64,000 nt of DNA from Rhodospirillaceae bacterium UBA1479 (GCA_002325375.1 DCRZ01000003.1:3306-67305); one strand, 5' to 3'. Positions 33,291 to 42,419 are shown, counted from the first letter of the stretch. A program made the numbers and translations. The notes: generated by a model from the sequence alone, not told the origin.

Positions 33291-35147
33291 ATGGCAAGAC
33301 ACATTCATTTCGAGGTCCACGTGCAGCAGGCCGGCCGCTGGTCGATTCATGCCCAGTTCGGCGCCGCGCAACGTGAAAAGGCCATCGAAGAAGCCAAGAA
33401 GATCGAGAAGACGCCCGGTTTCGATGCCGTCAAGGTGGTCAAGGAAACCTATGACAGCGATATCGGCAACCACCAGGACACGACGATCTATCGTGGTCCC
33501 AAAGGCGCCGAGGAACACAAGGGCTTTCGCGACATCGGTGGCGGAAAGGCTGACGGCGGCGGTGGCGGCGACTGGTCCATGTCGCGCGGTGACGACGACG
33601 ATGATGATTACGACGATGACGACGACGCGCCGAAAAAGCGCCGCGCCGCAAGCAATGCCAACAGCATCACCGCGACGGCGACGGCGGTCGTCATCAAGAT
33701 GCTCATGCTGGCTTTGGTCAGCCTGCTGGTGTCCGGTGGTTTCGCGGTCGCCTTTTCCTGGTACTTCAGCGGCAAGATGCTGTTCGGCTACAAAATTTCC
33801 GGCACGGTCGAAGCCAACGCCATCTTCCTGGTGTTTGTCTCCAGCTTCCTTCTGACCGCTTCGACCCTAGCGGTCACCTATCTCCGGAATATTCGGCTCA
33901 AGGGACGGCAGGCATCCGGCAGTATGCCCATGCAACAGACAGCCGGCGGCACCAGTGTGGCCTCCATCCTCGACCGGGCGGCATCGGCATTGGGGCAACC
34001 GCCGGCAAATACCCTGGAAGTCGACACGGAAAAGCCGGAAGGCACGGTCGGTGATTGGCGCGAACAGGCCAAGGCCGAAGAGGCGGCGCGCGGCGAGACC
34101 GACGACGCCGCCAACCAGCGCCTGCGCGAGGAACTGGAGAACGACGAGACCAAGCGCGGCGTGACCCTGGAAGCCGACAAGTACGGCGGCGGTCAGGAAC
34201 CGCAACCCATGCTCGACGCCGCCGGCGAAAAGCAGAAGGCCTACATGATGAAGTTCCTGGGCCAGCTTCTCGACGTCACCGGCCAGGACAAGAAAAAGCT
34301 CGATAACTTCACCAAATTCGGGATCAACCTGTTCCTCGCCGGTGCTTGTGAATCCCTGTCGTCAAAACGCGATCTGGAACCTTCGACGCGGTCCCGCATT
34401 CTGGCCGACAGCGTCCAGGTCATGGGCTTCAAAAAATCCCATGCCGCGTCCTTCGCCGACCGCTACGAGGAATACCTGCTGCAGGATTCCCGCTACATGA
34501 GCATGTTCCAGGCGGGCCGCAACGCCATGGCCAACCACCTGACCGACAACGCCTCGGGCCCGTCTCACCTGAAAACGGCGCTGGAAGACTGGAACAAGCC
34601 GAAGCCGAAGGAAGCCCAGGCGCGGGTCGTCGCCGTGCTGTTCACGGACATCGCCGGATCCACCGCGCTGACCCAGGAATTGGGCGACGCCGGGGCCCAG
34701 GAAGTCGTGCGCGCCCACAACAAGATCGTGCGCGAGAACCTGACCCGCTACCACGGCCGCGAGGTCAAGCACACGGGCGACGGCATGATGTGTTCCTTCG
34801 ACCAGCCGACCAACGCGGTCGAGGCGTCGATCGAAATCCAAAAGGAAACCATTCAGCTGCGGTCTTCCAACCCCAACCTGCCGCTCAAGCTGAAGATCGG
34901 CATCAACGCGGGCGAGCCCATCGCCGAGGACAACGACCTGTTCGGCACCACGGTGCAGCTTGCCGCGCGGATCGTCGACAAGGCCCAAGCGGACCAGATC
35001 TTCGTGTCGGAAACCGTGCGTGGCATCTGCACCGGCAAGGGCATTTCCTTCAAATCCGCGGGCGGCTACGCCATGAAGGGATTCGACGGGGACGTCAATC
35101 TGTACGAGGTCATGTGGCAGTCCGGCAACGCGGCCAAGGCCTCTTAA
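33291..35147 (+). CDS. Membrane-anchored class III adenylate/guanylate cyclase domain protein
   Basis: C-terminal VLFTDIAGSTAL, VKHTGDGMM, GINAGEP, DLFGTTVQLAARI; two TM helices after an Asp-rich tract; unknown N-terminal and central domains. Confidence 0.85.
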   Translation: MARHIHFEVHVQQAGRWSIHAQFGAAQREKAIEEAKKIEKTPGFDAVKVVKETYDSDIGNHQDTTIYRGPKGAEEHKGFRDIGGGKADGGGGGDWSMSRGDDDDDDYDDDDDAPKKRRAASNANSITATATAVVIKMLMLALVSLLVSGGFAVAFSWYFSGKMLFGYKISGTVEANAIFLVFVSSFLLTASTLAVTYLRNIRLKGRQASGSMPMQQTAGGTSVASILDRAASALGQPPANTLEVDTEKPEGTVGDWREQAKAEEAARGETDDAANQRLREELENDETKRGVTLEADKYGGGQEPQPMLDAAGEKQKAYMMKFLGQLLDVTGQDKKKLDNFTKFGINLFLAGACESLSSKRDLEPSTRSRILADSVQVMGFKKSHAASFADRYEEYLLQDSRYMSMFQAGRNAMANHLTDNASGPSHLKTALEDWNKPKPKEAQARVVAVLFTDIAGSTALTQELGDAGAQEVVRAHNKIVRENLTRYHGREVKHTGDGMMCSFDQPTNAVEASIEIQKETIQLRSSNPNLPLKLKIGINAGEPIAEDNDLFGTTVQLAARIVDKAQADQIFVSETVRGICTGKGISFKSAGGYAMKGFDGDVNLYEVMWQSGNAAKAS

Positions 35148-35195
35148 CCCTCTGACTTTCCCTGTGTTTTCCAGTGGAAAAATTTTCGCCAGGGA

Positions 35196-35224
35196 CTTGC
35201 GCGGTATTTTTCCCAACCCTATCT
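35196..35224 (+). promoter_or_regulatory. RpoH (sigma-32) promoter of ibpA
   Basis: CTTG (35196-35199)-N18-CCTATCT (35218-35224), matching the alphaproteobacterial RpoH consensus, upstream of a small heat shock gene. Confidence 0.7.
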
Positions 35225-35229
35225 GATTC

Positions 35230-35373
35230 CTGGAAGCGGGTGCCCGAACGGGGCCCGCAAGACCTGAACCGCCCGACCCGCGCGGTTCGTCGGATCGGCC
35301 ATTGCGGCGGTCCTGAACGGCAACTCGCGCTGGCGGGCACCATATCGCTTCGTTCAAGGAGGACTTGGTTATG
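35230..35373 (+). ncRNA. ROSE-like RNA thermometer in the ibpA 5' UTR
   Basis: UCGCU motif at 35345-35349 pairs across a 5-nt loop with AAGGA (35356-35360), leaving a bulged G. Upstream hairpins GCGGG/CCCGC and GAACCGC/GCGGTTC. Confidence 0.7.
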
Positions 35374-35826
35374 CGTACCATCGATTTCACCCCCCTGTTT
35401 CGTCATTCCGTCGGCTTCGACCGGCTTGAGCGCATGCTCGACAGCGCCATGCGTCATGACGACGGCAATTCCTATCCGCCCTACAACATCGAACAATTGG
35501 GCGAAGACACCTACCGGATCACCATGGCCGTCGCCGGCTTCGGCGAGAACGACCTTGAGGTTACCGTCAACGACGGCACCCTGATCGTCACCGGCAAGCA
35601 TGCGGACACGAAGGACGAGAATGTCGTCTACGTTCACCGCGGCATCGCCGGCCGTGCGTTCGAACGCCGCTTCCAGCTTGCCGACCATATCGAGGTCAAG
35701 GGCGGCTCCCTTGAAAACGGCCTTCTGCACATCGAACTGGAACGCGTCGTTCCGGAAGAAAAGAAACCCCGCAAGATCGCGATCACGGGCGGGCAGAAGA
35801 AACTGTTCAGCCGCAAGGCCGCCTAA
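35371..35826 (+). CDS. ibpA: Small heat shock protein IbpA (Hsp20)
   Basis: MRTIDFTPLFRHSVGFDR, YPPYNIE, AVAGF, HRGIAGRAFERRFQLAD, LENGLLHI. Confidence 0.94.
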   Translation: MRTIDFTPLFRHSVGFDRLERMLDSAMRHDDGNSYPPYNIEQLGEDTYRITMAVAGFGENDLEVTVNDGTLIVTGKHADTKDENVVYVHRGIAGRAFERRFQLADHIEVKGGSLENGLLHIELERVVPEEKKPRKIAITGGQKKLFSRKAA

Positions 35827-35851
35827 TCTCACGCAGTTACGTCAGACGGAA

Positions 35852-35888
35852 GGGGCGCGTTCGGGAAACCGGGCGCGCCTTTTCTTTT
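35852..35888 (+). terminator. Intrinsic terminator after ibpA
   Basis: GGCGCGTTCGG-GAAA-CCGGGCGCGCC stem-loop followed by TTTTCTTTT. Confidence 0.8.
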
Positions 35889-35894
35889 GCCTGC

Positions 35895-36341
35895 TCAGCG
35901 GAACCGTTCGTAGACGGCGCGGGCCGCATCCGGCATGGGCACGGCGGTTTCCGCGTCCCGGTCCGAATAGACATGGATGAAATGACCCGTGGCCGCGGGG
36001 GCGTCGCGGTTGGACGCACCGAACAGGCCGATCAGGAAGGTGACGCTGGAATTTCCCAGGCGCCCGACGCGGAGCCCCGCATGGACGGTTTCCGGATAAC
36101 TGAGGGAGCGGTGGAAACGGCAGAGCGTTTCCACGGCGACCGGGGCGATGCGATGCCGGGCATAGTCGACGCCTGCTTCCTGCATCTGGAATTGCGTCAC
36201 CACGGCCTCGACATAGCGGTTGTAGGCCACGTTGTTGGCGTGGCCCAGCATGTCGTTGTCGCCGAACCGGGTCGGAATTTCGATGCGGTAGGGATAGGCC
36301 GAGAGAGGAACCTGGCGCAGGTCGACAGTGGTGCCGCTCAT
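35895..36341 (-). CDS. Acyl-CoA thioesterase (4HBT/hotdog family)
   Basis: RFGDNDMLGHANNVAY, GLRVGRLGNSSVTF, GHFIHVY. Confidence 0.88.
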   Translation of the reverse strand: MSGTTVDLRQVPLSAYPYRIEIPTRFGDNDMLGHANNVAYNRYVEAVVTQFQMQEAGVDYARHRIAPVAVETLCRFHRSLSYPETVHAGLRVGRLGNSSVTFLIGLFGASNRDAPAATGHFIHVYSDRDAETAVPMPDAARAVYERFR

Positions 36342-36790
36342 TTTCCGCCCATCCCGACCACGAGTTTTTCCAAGGCCGCGCGAATGGCCGCCGGGACCGG
36401 CGTCGGCCGGTCCGTCCGGCGGTCGACGAAGACATGCACGAAATGGCCCGCAGCGGCGGCCGTGTCCTCGCCGTCCTTGAAGATGGCGATTTCGTAACGG
36501 ACGCTGGAATTGCCCAGCTTGCCAACCCGCAATCCCGCCGCCAGCTTTTCCGGAAAGGCCACGGGCTTGAAGAACCGGCAGGTCGTTTCGACCGCGAAGC
36601 CGACGACCGTGCCGTCATGGATGTCCAGCCCGCCCACATCAATCAGATAGCTGTTCACCACCGTGTCGAAGTAGCTGTAATAGGTCACGTTGTTGACGTG
36701 GCCGTAGATGTCGTTATCCATCCACCGGGTCTGGATCGGCAGGATATGCGGATAGGCGGCGCGGGTTTCGGGGGTCTTTTCGTCGGCCAT
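36338..36790 (-). CDS. Acyl-CoA thioesterase (4HBT/hotdog family)
   Basis: RWMDNDIYGHVNNVTYYSYFD, GLRVGKLGNSSVRY, GHFVHVF. Confidence 0.9.
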   Translation of the reverse strand: MADEKTPETRAAYPHILPIQTRWMDNDIYGHVNNVTYYSYFDTVVNSYLIDVGGLDIHDGTVVGFAVETTCRFFKPVAFPEKLAAGLRVGKLGNSSVRYEIAIFKDGEDTAAAAGHFVHVFVDRRTDRPTPVPAAIRAALEKLVVGMGGK

Positions 36791-37143
36791 GGCGGGCGGG
36801 TCTTTTCGTTGAGGCGGGAAGTCCGGAAATACGGATCCGGAATTGATTAAGGGCCGCCGGTTTGCCCAGCGACCCTTTAATTATTTTATATGCCTCACAC
36901 CTGTCAAACTCGCCTGAATGACAAGGGAAGCGTAGTCAGCCACCCTATACCCGTCAACTGTAAAGGGTTATTGACAACCATGAATCTACGCTGCCCCGAC
37001 ATAAAAATAACCGCCCCCGGGTTGGGAGGGCGGTCGCGAGTTTCAGGGAGGCATAGAAGTAAAGGACACTTTCGCCTCGTGTCCTGCTTACAGGCTACCC
37101 TTGGGATGTTAAGTTTCCCCTAATCGAAAGCAGAGGATTTGCC

Positions 37144-37410
37144 ATGTCGCCTGCCGCCGCCTGGGCCGTGATCGTGATCGGCTTCGTTCTGCCGCTGATT
37201 CATGTCGCCCTGTCGAAAGCCATTTCCCCAGCCAAACCAGCCGAGGACGGCGCCGCCTGCCCGTTCAGCCCGCGCATGGGTTGGCTGGTCATCGTGCTGT
37301 TCCTGGGGCCTGTCGGCTGGCTGATGTTCATGGCGTCGCGGCGCAAAAGACGCGCGATGGCCGCTGCCCGCGCGGCGGCGGCGCCAGAGCCGCAAGAACC
37401 TATGACTTGA
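37144..37410 (+). CDS. Small membrane protein (two hydrophobic helices, basic tail)
   Basis: GAGGA RBS; WAVIVIGFVLPLIHV and WLVIVLFLGPVGWLMF, resembling PLDc_N-type hairpins. Confidence 0.65.
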   Translation: MSPAAAWAVIVIGFVLPLIHVALSKAISPAKPAEDGAACPFSPRMGWLVIVLFLGPVGWLMFMASRRKRRAMAAARAAAAPEPQEPMT

Positions 37411-37588
37411 AAAAGCTGTCGGCGCTTTGGCGCGCCGCTTCCTTGGCCTTGATGGTCTCGCGCACGCGCGTGATTTCGGTCTCCAGATCGCCGATATAAT
37501 CGTTCAACGCCTCGATCGACATCACCTCGAGATTCTTCAACTCCGGCTTTTTCTTCTGCGGTTCCAGGTCGTCCACATCCATGGCCAT
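37400..37588 (-). CDS. DUF1192-like small coiled-coil protein
   Basis: MDVDDLEP...NLEVMSIEALNDYIGDLETEITRV...KEAARQSADSFFKS. Confidence 0.8.
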   Translation of the reverse strand: MAMDVDDLEPQKKKPELKNLEVMSIEALNDYIGDLETEITRVRETIKAKEAARQSADSFFKS

Positions 37589-37672
37589 GGTGTCATCCCC
37601 TCTTGCGCTGTGGGGTCTCAATCTACTAGGTGAAGGGGCCATTGGAAAACCCACTAGCGAACGGATTGCCTC

Positions 37673-38674
37673 ATGTCCCTGCCCACGGAAATGACCTGCG
37701 TCGAAATCGCCGAGCCCGGCGGCCCGGAACAGCTGCGCATCACGACCCGCCCCGTGCCGGCCCCCGCCAAGGGCGAGGTCCTGATCAAGGTCGCGGCCGC
37801 CGGCGTCAATCGCCCCGACGTGGTGCAGCGCCTAGGCCATTACGCCCCACCCGAAGGCGTGACGGACATTCCGGGCCTGGAGGTTTCGGGCACCGTGGCC
37901 GCCTTGGGCGACGGCGTCGAAGGCTGGGCCGTAGGCGACGCCCTTTGCGCCCTGGTCGCGGGCGGCGGTTACGGCGCATACGTCACGGCCCCCACCGAAC
38001 AATGCCTGCCGGTGCCGAAGGGCCTGTCCATGGTCGAGGCCGCGGCCCTGCCGGAAACCTTTTTCACCGTGTGGACCAACCTGTATGAGCGCGGCGACCT
38101 GAAACCGGGCGAAGCCCTGATGGTCCACGGCGGCACGTCGGGCATCGGCACCACGGCGATCCAGGTCGCCAGCCGCCTGGGGGCGAAGGTCATCGCCACG
38201 GCGGGCAGCGCCGAAAAATGCCAAGCTTGCCTGGACCTGGGGGCCGAACGCGCCGTCAACTACCGGGAAGAAGACTTCGTCGCGGCCGCCAAGGACTTCA
38301 CCGACGACAAGGGCGTCGACGTGATCCTCGACATGGTCGGCGGCGACTACATCGAAAAGAACCTGAAATCCCTCAATCGCGACGGCCGCCTGGTCAATAT
38401 CGCGTTCATGAAGGGATCCAAGGCCGAAATCAACTTCATGCCGCTGATGCTGAAGCGTCTGACCATCACTGGATCGACCCTGCGGGCCCAGTCGGTCGCC
38501 CGAAAAGGCGTGATCGCAAAGGCCGTGCGCGAAAACGTCTGGCCCCTGATCGAGAAGGGTGAGGTCAAGCCTGTGATTTACAAGACTTTTTCCCTAAATC
38601 AGGCGCGCGAAGCCCATGAATTGATGGAATCCAACCAGCACATCGGGAAAATCGTGTTTCAGGTTGCGGAATAG
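37673..38674 (+). CDS. NAD(P)H:quinone oxidoreductase, PIG3 type (MDR superfamily)
   Basis: AAGVNRPD, DIPGLEVSG, AALPETFFTVWTN, HGGTSGIGTTAIQ, HIGKIV. Confidence 0.9.
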   Translation: MSLPTEMTCVEIAEPGGPEQLRITTRPVPAPAKGEVLIKVAAAGVNRPDVVQRLGHYAPPEGVTDIPGLEVSGTVAALGDGVEGWAVGDALCALVAGGGYGAYVTAPTEQCLPVPKGLSMVEAAALPETFFTVWTNLYERGDLKPGEALMVHGGTSGIGTTAIQVASRLGAKVIATAGSAEKCQACLDLGAERAVNYREEDFVAAAKDFTDDKGVDVILDMVGGDYIEKNLKSLNRDGRLVNIAFMKGSKAEINFMPLMLKRLTITGSTLRAQSVARKGVIAKAVRENVWPLIEKGEVKPVIYKTFSLNQAREAHELMESNQHIGKIVFQVAE

Positions 38675-38816
38675 ACCCCAAAATCAATCTGATCCTTTGA
38701 CCCGAGGGCCCTTGTGCCTATATAACGTCGCAAGTTCCGGTGCGTCCCCGTACGCGCGGGGGCGTGCTGGTCGATTAAGACAATCCCGAAATCCAACACC
38801 GAATGGGAAGGTAATT

Positions 38817-39497
38817 ATGGCGCGTCCGTTGATGCCGAAGGCCACAGCCGTCTGGCTTGTGGAGAACACGGCCCTCACCTTCAGGCAGATCGCCGAATTC
38901 TGCGGCCTGCATGAACTGGAAGTTCAGGCCATCGCCGACGACGAAGTCGCCATCGGAATGCAGGGGCTCGACCCCGTGCAGGCCGGTGAACTGACCCAGG
39001 AGGAGCTGGAGCGCTGCGAAGGCGACGCCACAGCCAGCCTGAAAGCCGCCAAGCCGTCCCTGCCCCTGCCGAAGAAAACCAAGGGTGCGCGTTACACCCC
39101 CGTGGCCAAGCGCCAGGACCGGCCCGACGCCATCGCCTGGCTGGTGAAGAACTATCCGGAAATGTCCGACGGCCAGATTTCCAAACTGATCGGCACGACT
39201 AAGCCGACCATCATGTCCGTGCGCGACCGTTCGCACTGGAACACCTCGAACATCAAGCCGCAGAACCCGGTGGGTCTGGGCTTGTGTACGGCTGACGATC
39301 TGGAAAAGGTCATCGCCGTTGCCCGTGCGCGGGCCGGTACCGTCCACGGCCCGGCAGCCCAGGCGTCCGGCGTCCAAGGCATGGAACCGGCGGCACCGCC
39401 GGCACCGGCCGAACCCGCCCCGGCACCCGAGCCCAGCGCGGAATCCGTCTGGCCGACCACGGAAAATGCACCGGCCACCGAGGGTGCCCAGGACTGA
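38817..39497 (+). CDS. trcR: DUF1013 family cell cycle transcriptional regulator (TrcR)
   Basis: Start trimmed to MARPLMPKATAVWLVENTALTF. RYTPVAKRQDRPDAIAWL, IGTTKPTI. Confidence 0.88.
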   Translation: MARPLMPKATAVWLVENTALTFRQIAEFCGLHELEVQAIADDEVAIGMQGLDPVQAGELTQEELERCEGDATASLKAAKPSLPLPKKTKGARYTPVAKRQDRPDAIAWLVKNYPEMSDGQISKLIGTTKPTIMSVRDRSHWNTSNIKPQNPVGLGLCTADDLEKVIAVARARAGTVHGPAAQASGVQGMEPAAPPAPAEPAPAPEPSAESVWPTTENAPATEGAQD

Positions 39498-39515
39498 TTC
39501 CGCACCGGCCTTCCG

Positions 39516-40301
39516 TCACCGTCCTTTGAAGACGGCGGCCCGTTTTTCGGCAAAGGCCTGCTCGGCCTCGCGGTGATCCTCGGAAAACCACAAGTCTTCC
39601 AGAAGCGCCTCTCCGGCCGCCCGGCCCTCGCCGCGCGCGGCCGCGCGCAGCGCCCGTTTGGTCGCCGATACCGCCAGGGGCGCCGCCGGCATGGCGGTGA
39701 GAAACCCCACCGCATGGTCCACGACGTCTTCGCCCACAGCCACCGCGTCGATCAGCCCCTGGTCCAGGGCCTCCCCGGCGGACAACTGTTCGCAGCTTAG
39801 CAACATGCGCATGGCGCGGGCGTATCCCACCACATGCATCAACCGTTCGGCGCCGTTCCATCCGGGAATGATGCCGAGCCGCGCCTGCGGCAGGCCGATC
39901 TTCGCATCCTCGGCCATGAACCGCAGATCGCAAGCCAAGGCCAGTTCCGCGCCGCCGCCCAGGGCATAGCCGTTGATCGCCGCGATGACCGGCAGGGGAT
40001 GAGCCTCGAACGCGTCGAGCAGGCCGCGGACGACGCCGAAGGTCTCAGCCAGTTCCTCGGGCGAGGAAATCGCGCGGTAGGCCTTCAAATCACCCCCGGT
40101 GCAGAAGAAACGATCACCGGCGCCGGTCACCACGATACCACGCAGGTCCGTCCTGCCGGCCGTGCCGTCCAATGCGTCGCGCATGGCCTGGGCCGTGTCG
40201 CGGGAAATCGAGTTCCCGGCCTGCTCACGGTCGATGGTGAGGATCAGGACGCCGGCGCGTTCCGCCGCGCGAACCAACGGCTTAATCACGCTGGACGACA
40301 T
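39516..40301 (-). CDS. Enoyl-CoA hydratase/isomerase family protein
   Basis: FFCTGGDL, AAINGYALGGGAELALACDLR, GLPQARLGIIPGW. The second catalytic Glu position (usually PE) reads PQ. Confidence 0.9.
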   Translation of the reverse strand: MSSSVIKPLVRAAERAGVLILTIDREQAGNSISRDTAQAMRDALDGTAGRTDLRGIVVTGAGDRFFCTGGDLKAYRAISSPEELAETFGVVRGLLDAFEAHPLPVIAAINGYALGGGAELALACDLRFMAEDAKIGLPQARLGIIPGWNGAERLMHVVGYARAMRMLLSCEQLSAGEALDQGLIDAVAVGEDVVDHAVGFLTAMPAAPLAVSATKRALRAAARGEGRAAGEALLEDLWFSEDHREAEQAFAEKRAAVFKGR

Positions 40302-41211
40302 GAATCAGAAGTCCGCCAAGGCTTTTGGGATGGATGAACCCGATCAGCGCCCGCCGCGACCCCGGCCGTCCCACGGTGTCGATCATGGTGCATCCGGCGT
40401 CGCCGAGGGCGGCCAGCGTCGCGTTGATGTCCGGCGACTTCAGGGCGACATGATGCAGGCCCTGGCCGCGGGTTTCGATGTACTTGGTGATCGCCCCCTG
40501 GTCCTGCCGGGTCGTACCGGATGCGCCATGGGCGATCTCCGCCCCGTGGGACGGATCGAAGTTCTGCAGGAACTCCAGTTCGCAATCGCCGGCGGTCAGG
40601 AACGCGACGCGCAGGCCGCCGACGGGCCGGGGCGGGCGGCTGTGATAGACGACGCCGTATTTGTCCGAGGTGAAGCTTTCGACCGTCGTCTGGACCTCCA
40701 TGTCCGTCTGCTGGCTTTCGATGGGCAGGCCGAGCGTATCGGTGAACACCGAGATGGCTTTCCGGTTGTCGGCGCTGGCGACGCCCAGATGGTCGATGCG
40801 CTCGATCCGGGGCGACGCCGACCTGTCGATGGTCAAGGGATCGACCAGACAGGTCCGGACCCCGACGGTGGCGTCCGGGTCCAGTTCCACATGGCGCCCG
40901 CCGGCCAGGCCCGGCCGGCCCGCATCGCGCGCGGAAATGCCCGCCGCCGCAAGGCGCGCGGTGGTCCCGTCCACGTCATCGACGGACAGGCCGATGTGAT
41001 GCACGCCGGTGCGGTCCGTTTCGTGGACGAAGGGGTCGCCCGGCTCGAACACGGCGAGGGCCGCGTCGCCAACGGCGAACACCGGCACGGTGTCGCCGCC
41101 CAGGGCACAGTCGGTCCGCGTCAGTCCGAGCACCCTGCCCAGCACATCGCATGCAGCGGGCACATCGCGGGAAACCAGGGCGACGTAGGAAAGGCTGGGT
41201 GATGATGTCAT
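40282..41211 (-). CDS. Tandem VOC-domain protein, methylmalonyl-CoA epimerase-like
   Basis: C-terminal domain IDHLGVA...ELEFLQ...RGQGLHHVAL...PGSRRALIGFIHPKSLGGLLIHVVQ; degenerate N-terminal domain with GVHHIGL. Confidence 0.8.
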   Translation of the reverse strand: MTSSPSLSYVALVSRDVPAACDVLGRVLGLTRTDCALGGDTVPVFAVGDAALAVFEPGDPFVHETDRTGVHHIGLSVDDVDGTTARLAAAGISARDAGRPGLAGGRHVELDPDATVGVRTCLVDPLTIDRSASPRIERIDHLGVASADNRKAISVFTDTLGLPIESQQTDMEVQTTVESFTSDKYGVVYHSRPPRPVGGLRVAFLTAGDCELEFLQNFDPSHGAEIAHGASGTTRQDQGAITKYIETRGQGLHHVALKSPDINATLAALGDAGCTMIDTVGRPGSRRALIGFIHPKSLGGLLIHVVQRD

Positions 41212-42419
41212 GTCATCCTCGCTGTGCTGTTCTCGATTGATCCGTCATGGATAAGCTGCTGGATGCGGTCCGGGGCGATGCCCCAATCCGCAAGAACCGT
41301 TTCGCTGTGTTCGCCCAGGGCCGGCGGCGCGAACCGCACGGTCTTCGGCCCGACCGCGTCCAGGCGCAAGGGATTGGACAGCAGGTTCAGGTCCCCGATG
41401 ACCGGGTGGCTGATCGTTTCCACCATCCCCGCGTGCGCCACCTGAGGGTCGTTGAACATCTGTCCCAGGTCGTAGACGGGCCCGGCGGGAATGCCGGCCT
41501 CCATCAGTTCATGGGACCATTCGATGGCGGTCTTGGACGCCAGTTTCCCGTTCAACAAACCACGCAAGCGGGCTCTATTTCGGTCGCGTCCCGTGTTGTC
41601 GGCGAAGTCGGGGTCGTCCACCAATTCGGAGAGCCCCAAAGTGTCGCAGAGCTTTTTCCATTGGGTCTGGTTGGCAGCGGCGATGTTGACGAGAGCATCC
41701 GAGGCCTGAAAGGCGCCGTAAGGGTAGATCACCGGATGTTCGTTGCCCATGCGGCCGGGAACGTCCCCCAGGCTCAGGTATCGCTGGCCCTGGACGCAGA
41801 GCATGCCGACGACGGAGGCCAGCAGCGAGGTATCGACCTTTTGCCCCTGCCCCGTCGCCGTGCGTTGATGGATGGCGGCGGTGATGCCCGTGGACAGCCA
41901 CATGCCCGACACAAGGTCGGCCAAGGGCACGCCCAGGCGCGTCGGCGGGCCGTCGGGTTCGCCGGAAAGGCTCATCATGCCCGACATGCCCTGGGCGATC
42001 TGATCGAACCCGGGCCAAGTGCCATAAGGCCCGTCGGAACCGAACCCCGTGATGGTGGCGTGGATCAGGCGCGGGTTGTCCTGTTTCAGGCTGTCGTAAT
42101 CCAGGCCCAGCTTTTCGATGGTTCCCGGTTTGAAATTCTCGACCAGGACATCCGACTCGCGGGCCAGATCACGCAACACCGCCTGGCCGCCGTCACTGCG
42201 GAAATCCACGGCCAGGGACCGCTTGTTCCGGTTCACGGACAGGAAGAAACAGCCGATGCCGTGATCGAACGGCCCCCAGGCGCGGCACATGTCGCCCTCG
42301 CCCACCGGCTCCGCCTTCAGAACGTCCGCCCCCAGATCCCCCAGGATCATCGTGCAGAACGGACCGGACAGGGCCCGCGTCAGGTCGAGCACGCGGATTC
42401 CGTCCAAAGGTAGCGCCAT
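41208..42419 (-). CDS. Family III CoA transferase (CaiB/BaiF)
   Basis: LDGIRVLDLTRALSGPFC, DLGADVLKAE, NRNKRSL, DVLVENFKPG, PGFDQIAQGMSG. Confidence 0.92.
   Translation of the reverse strand: MALPLDGIRVLDLTRALSGPFCTMILGDLGADVLKAEPVGEGDMCRAWGPFDHGIGCFFLSVNRNKRSLAVDFRSDGGQAVLRDLARESDVLVENFKPGTIEKLGLDYDSLKQDNPRLIHATITGFGSDGPYGTWPGFDQIAQGMSGMMSLSGEPDGPPTRLGVPLADLVSGMWLSTGITAAIHQRTATGQGQKVDTSLLASVVGMLCVQGQRYLSLGDVPGRMGNEHPVIYPYGAFQASDALVNIAAANQTQWKKLCDTLGLSELVDDPDFADNTGRDRNRARLRGLLNGKLASKTAIEWSHELMEAGIPAGPVYDLGQMFNDPQVAHAGMVETISHPVIGDLNLLSNPLRLDAVGPKTVRFAPPALGEHSETVLADWGIAPDRIQQLIHDGSIENSTARMT

Noticed and set aside
37048-37085. H-type pseudoknot from GAGGC/GCCTC plus AGGACAC/GTGTCCT
   Set aside because: The third loop would be 0 nt, which is sterically implausible; kept only as alternative pairings.
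37673-42419. DMSP genes acuI (37673-38674) and dddD (41208-42419)
   Set aside because: The oxidoreductase has PIG3-type motifs rather than AcuI/YhdH motifs, and the CoA transferase is single-domain whereas DddD is a tandem-domain protein.
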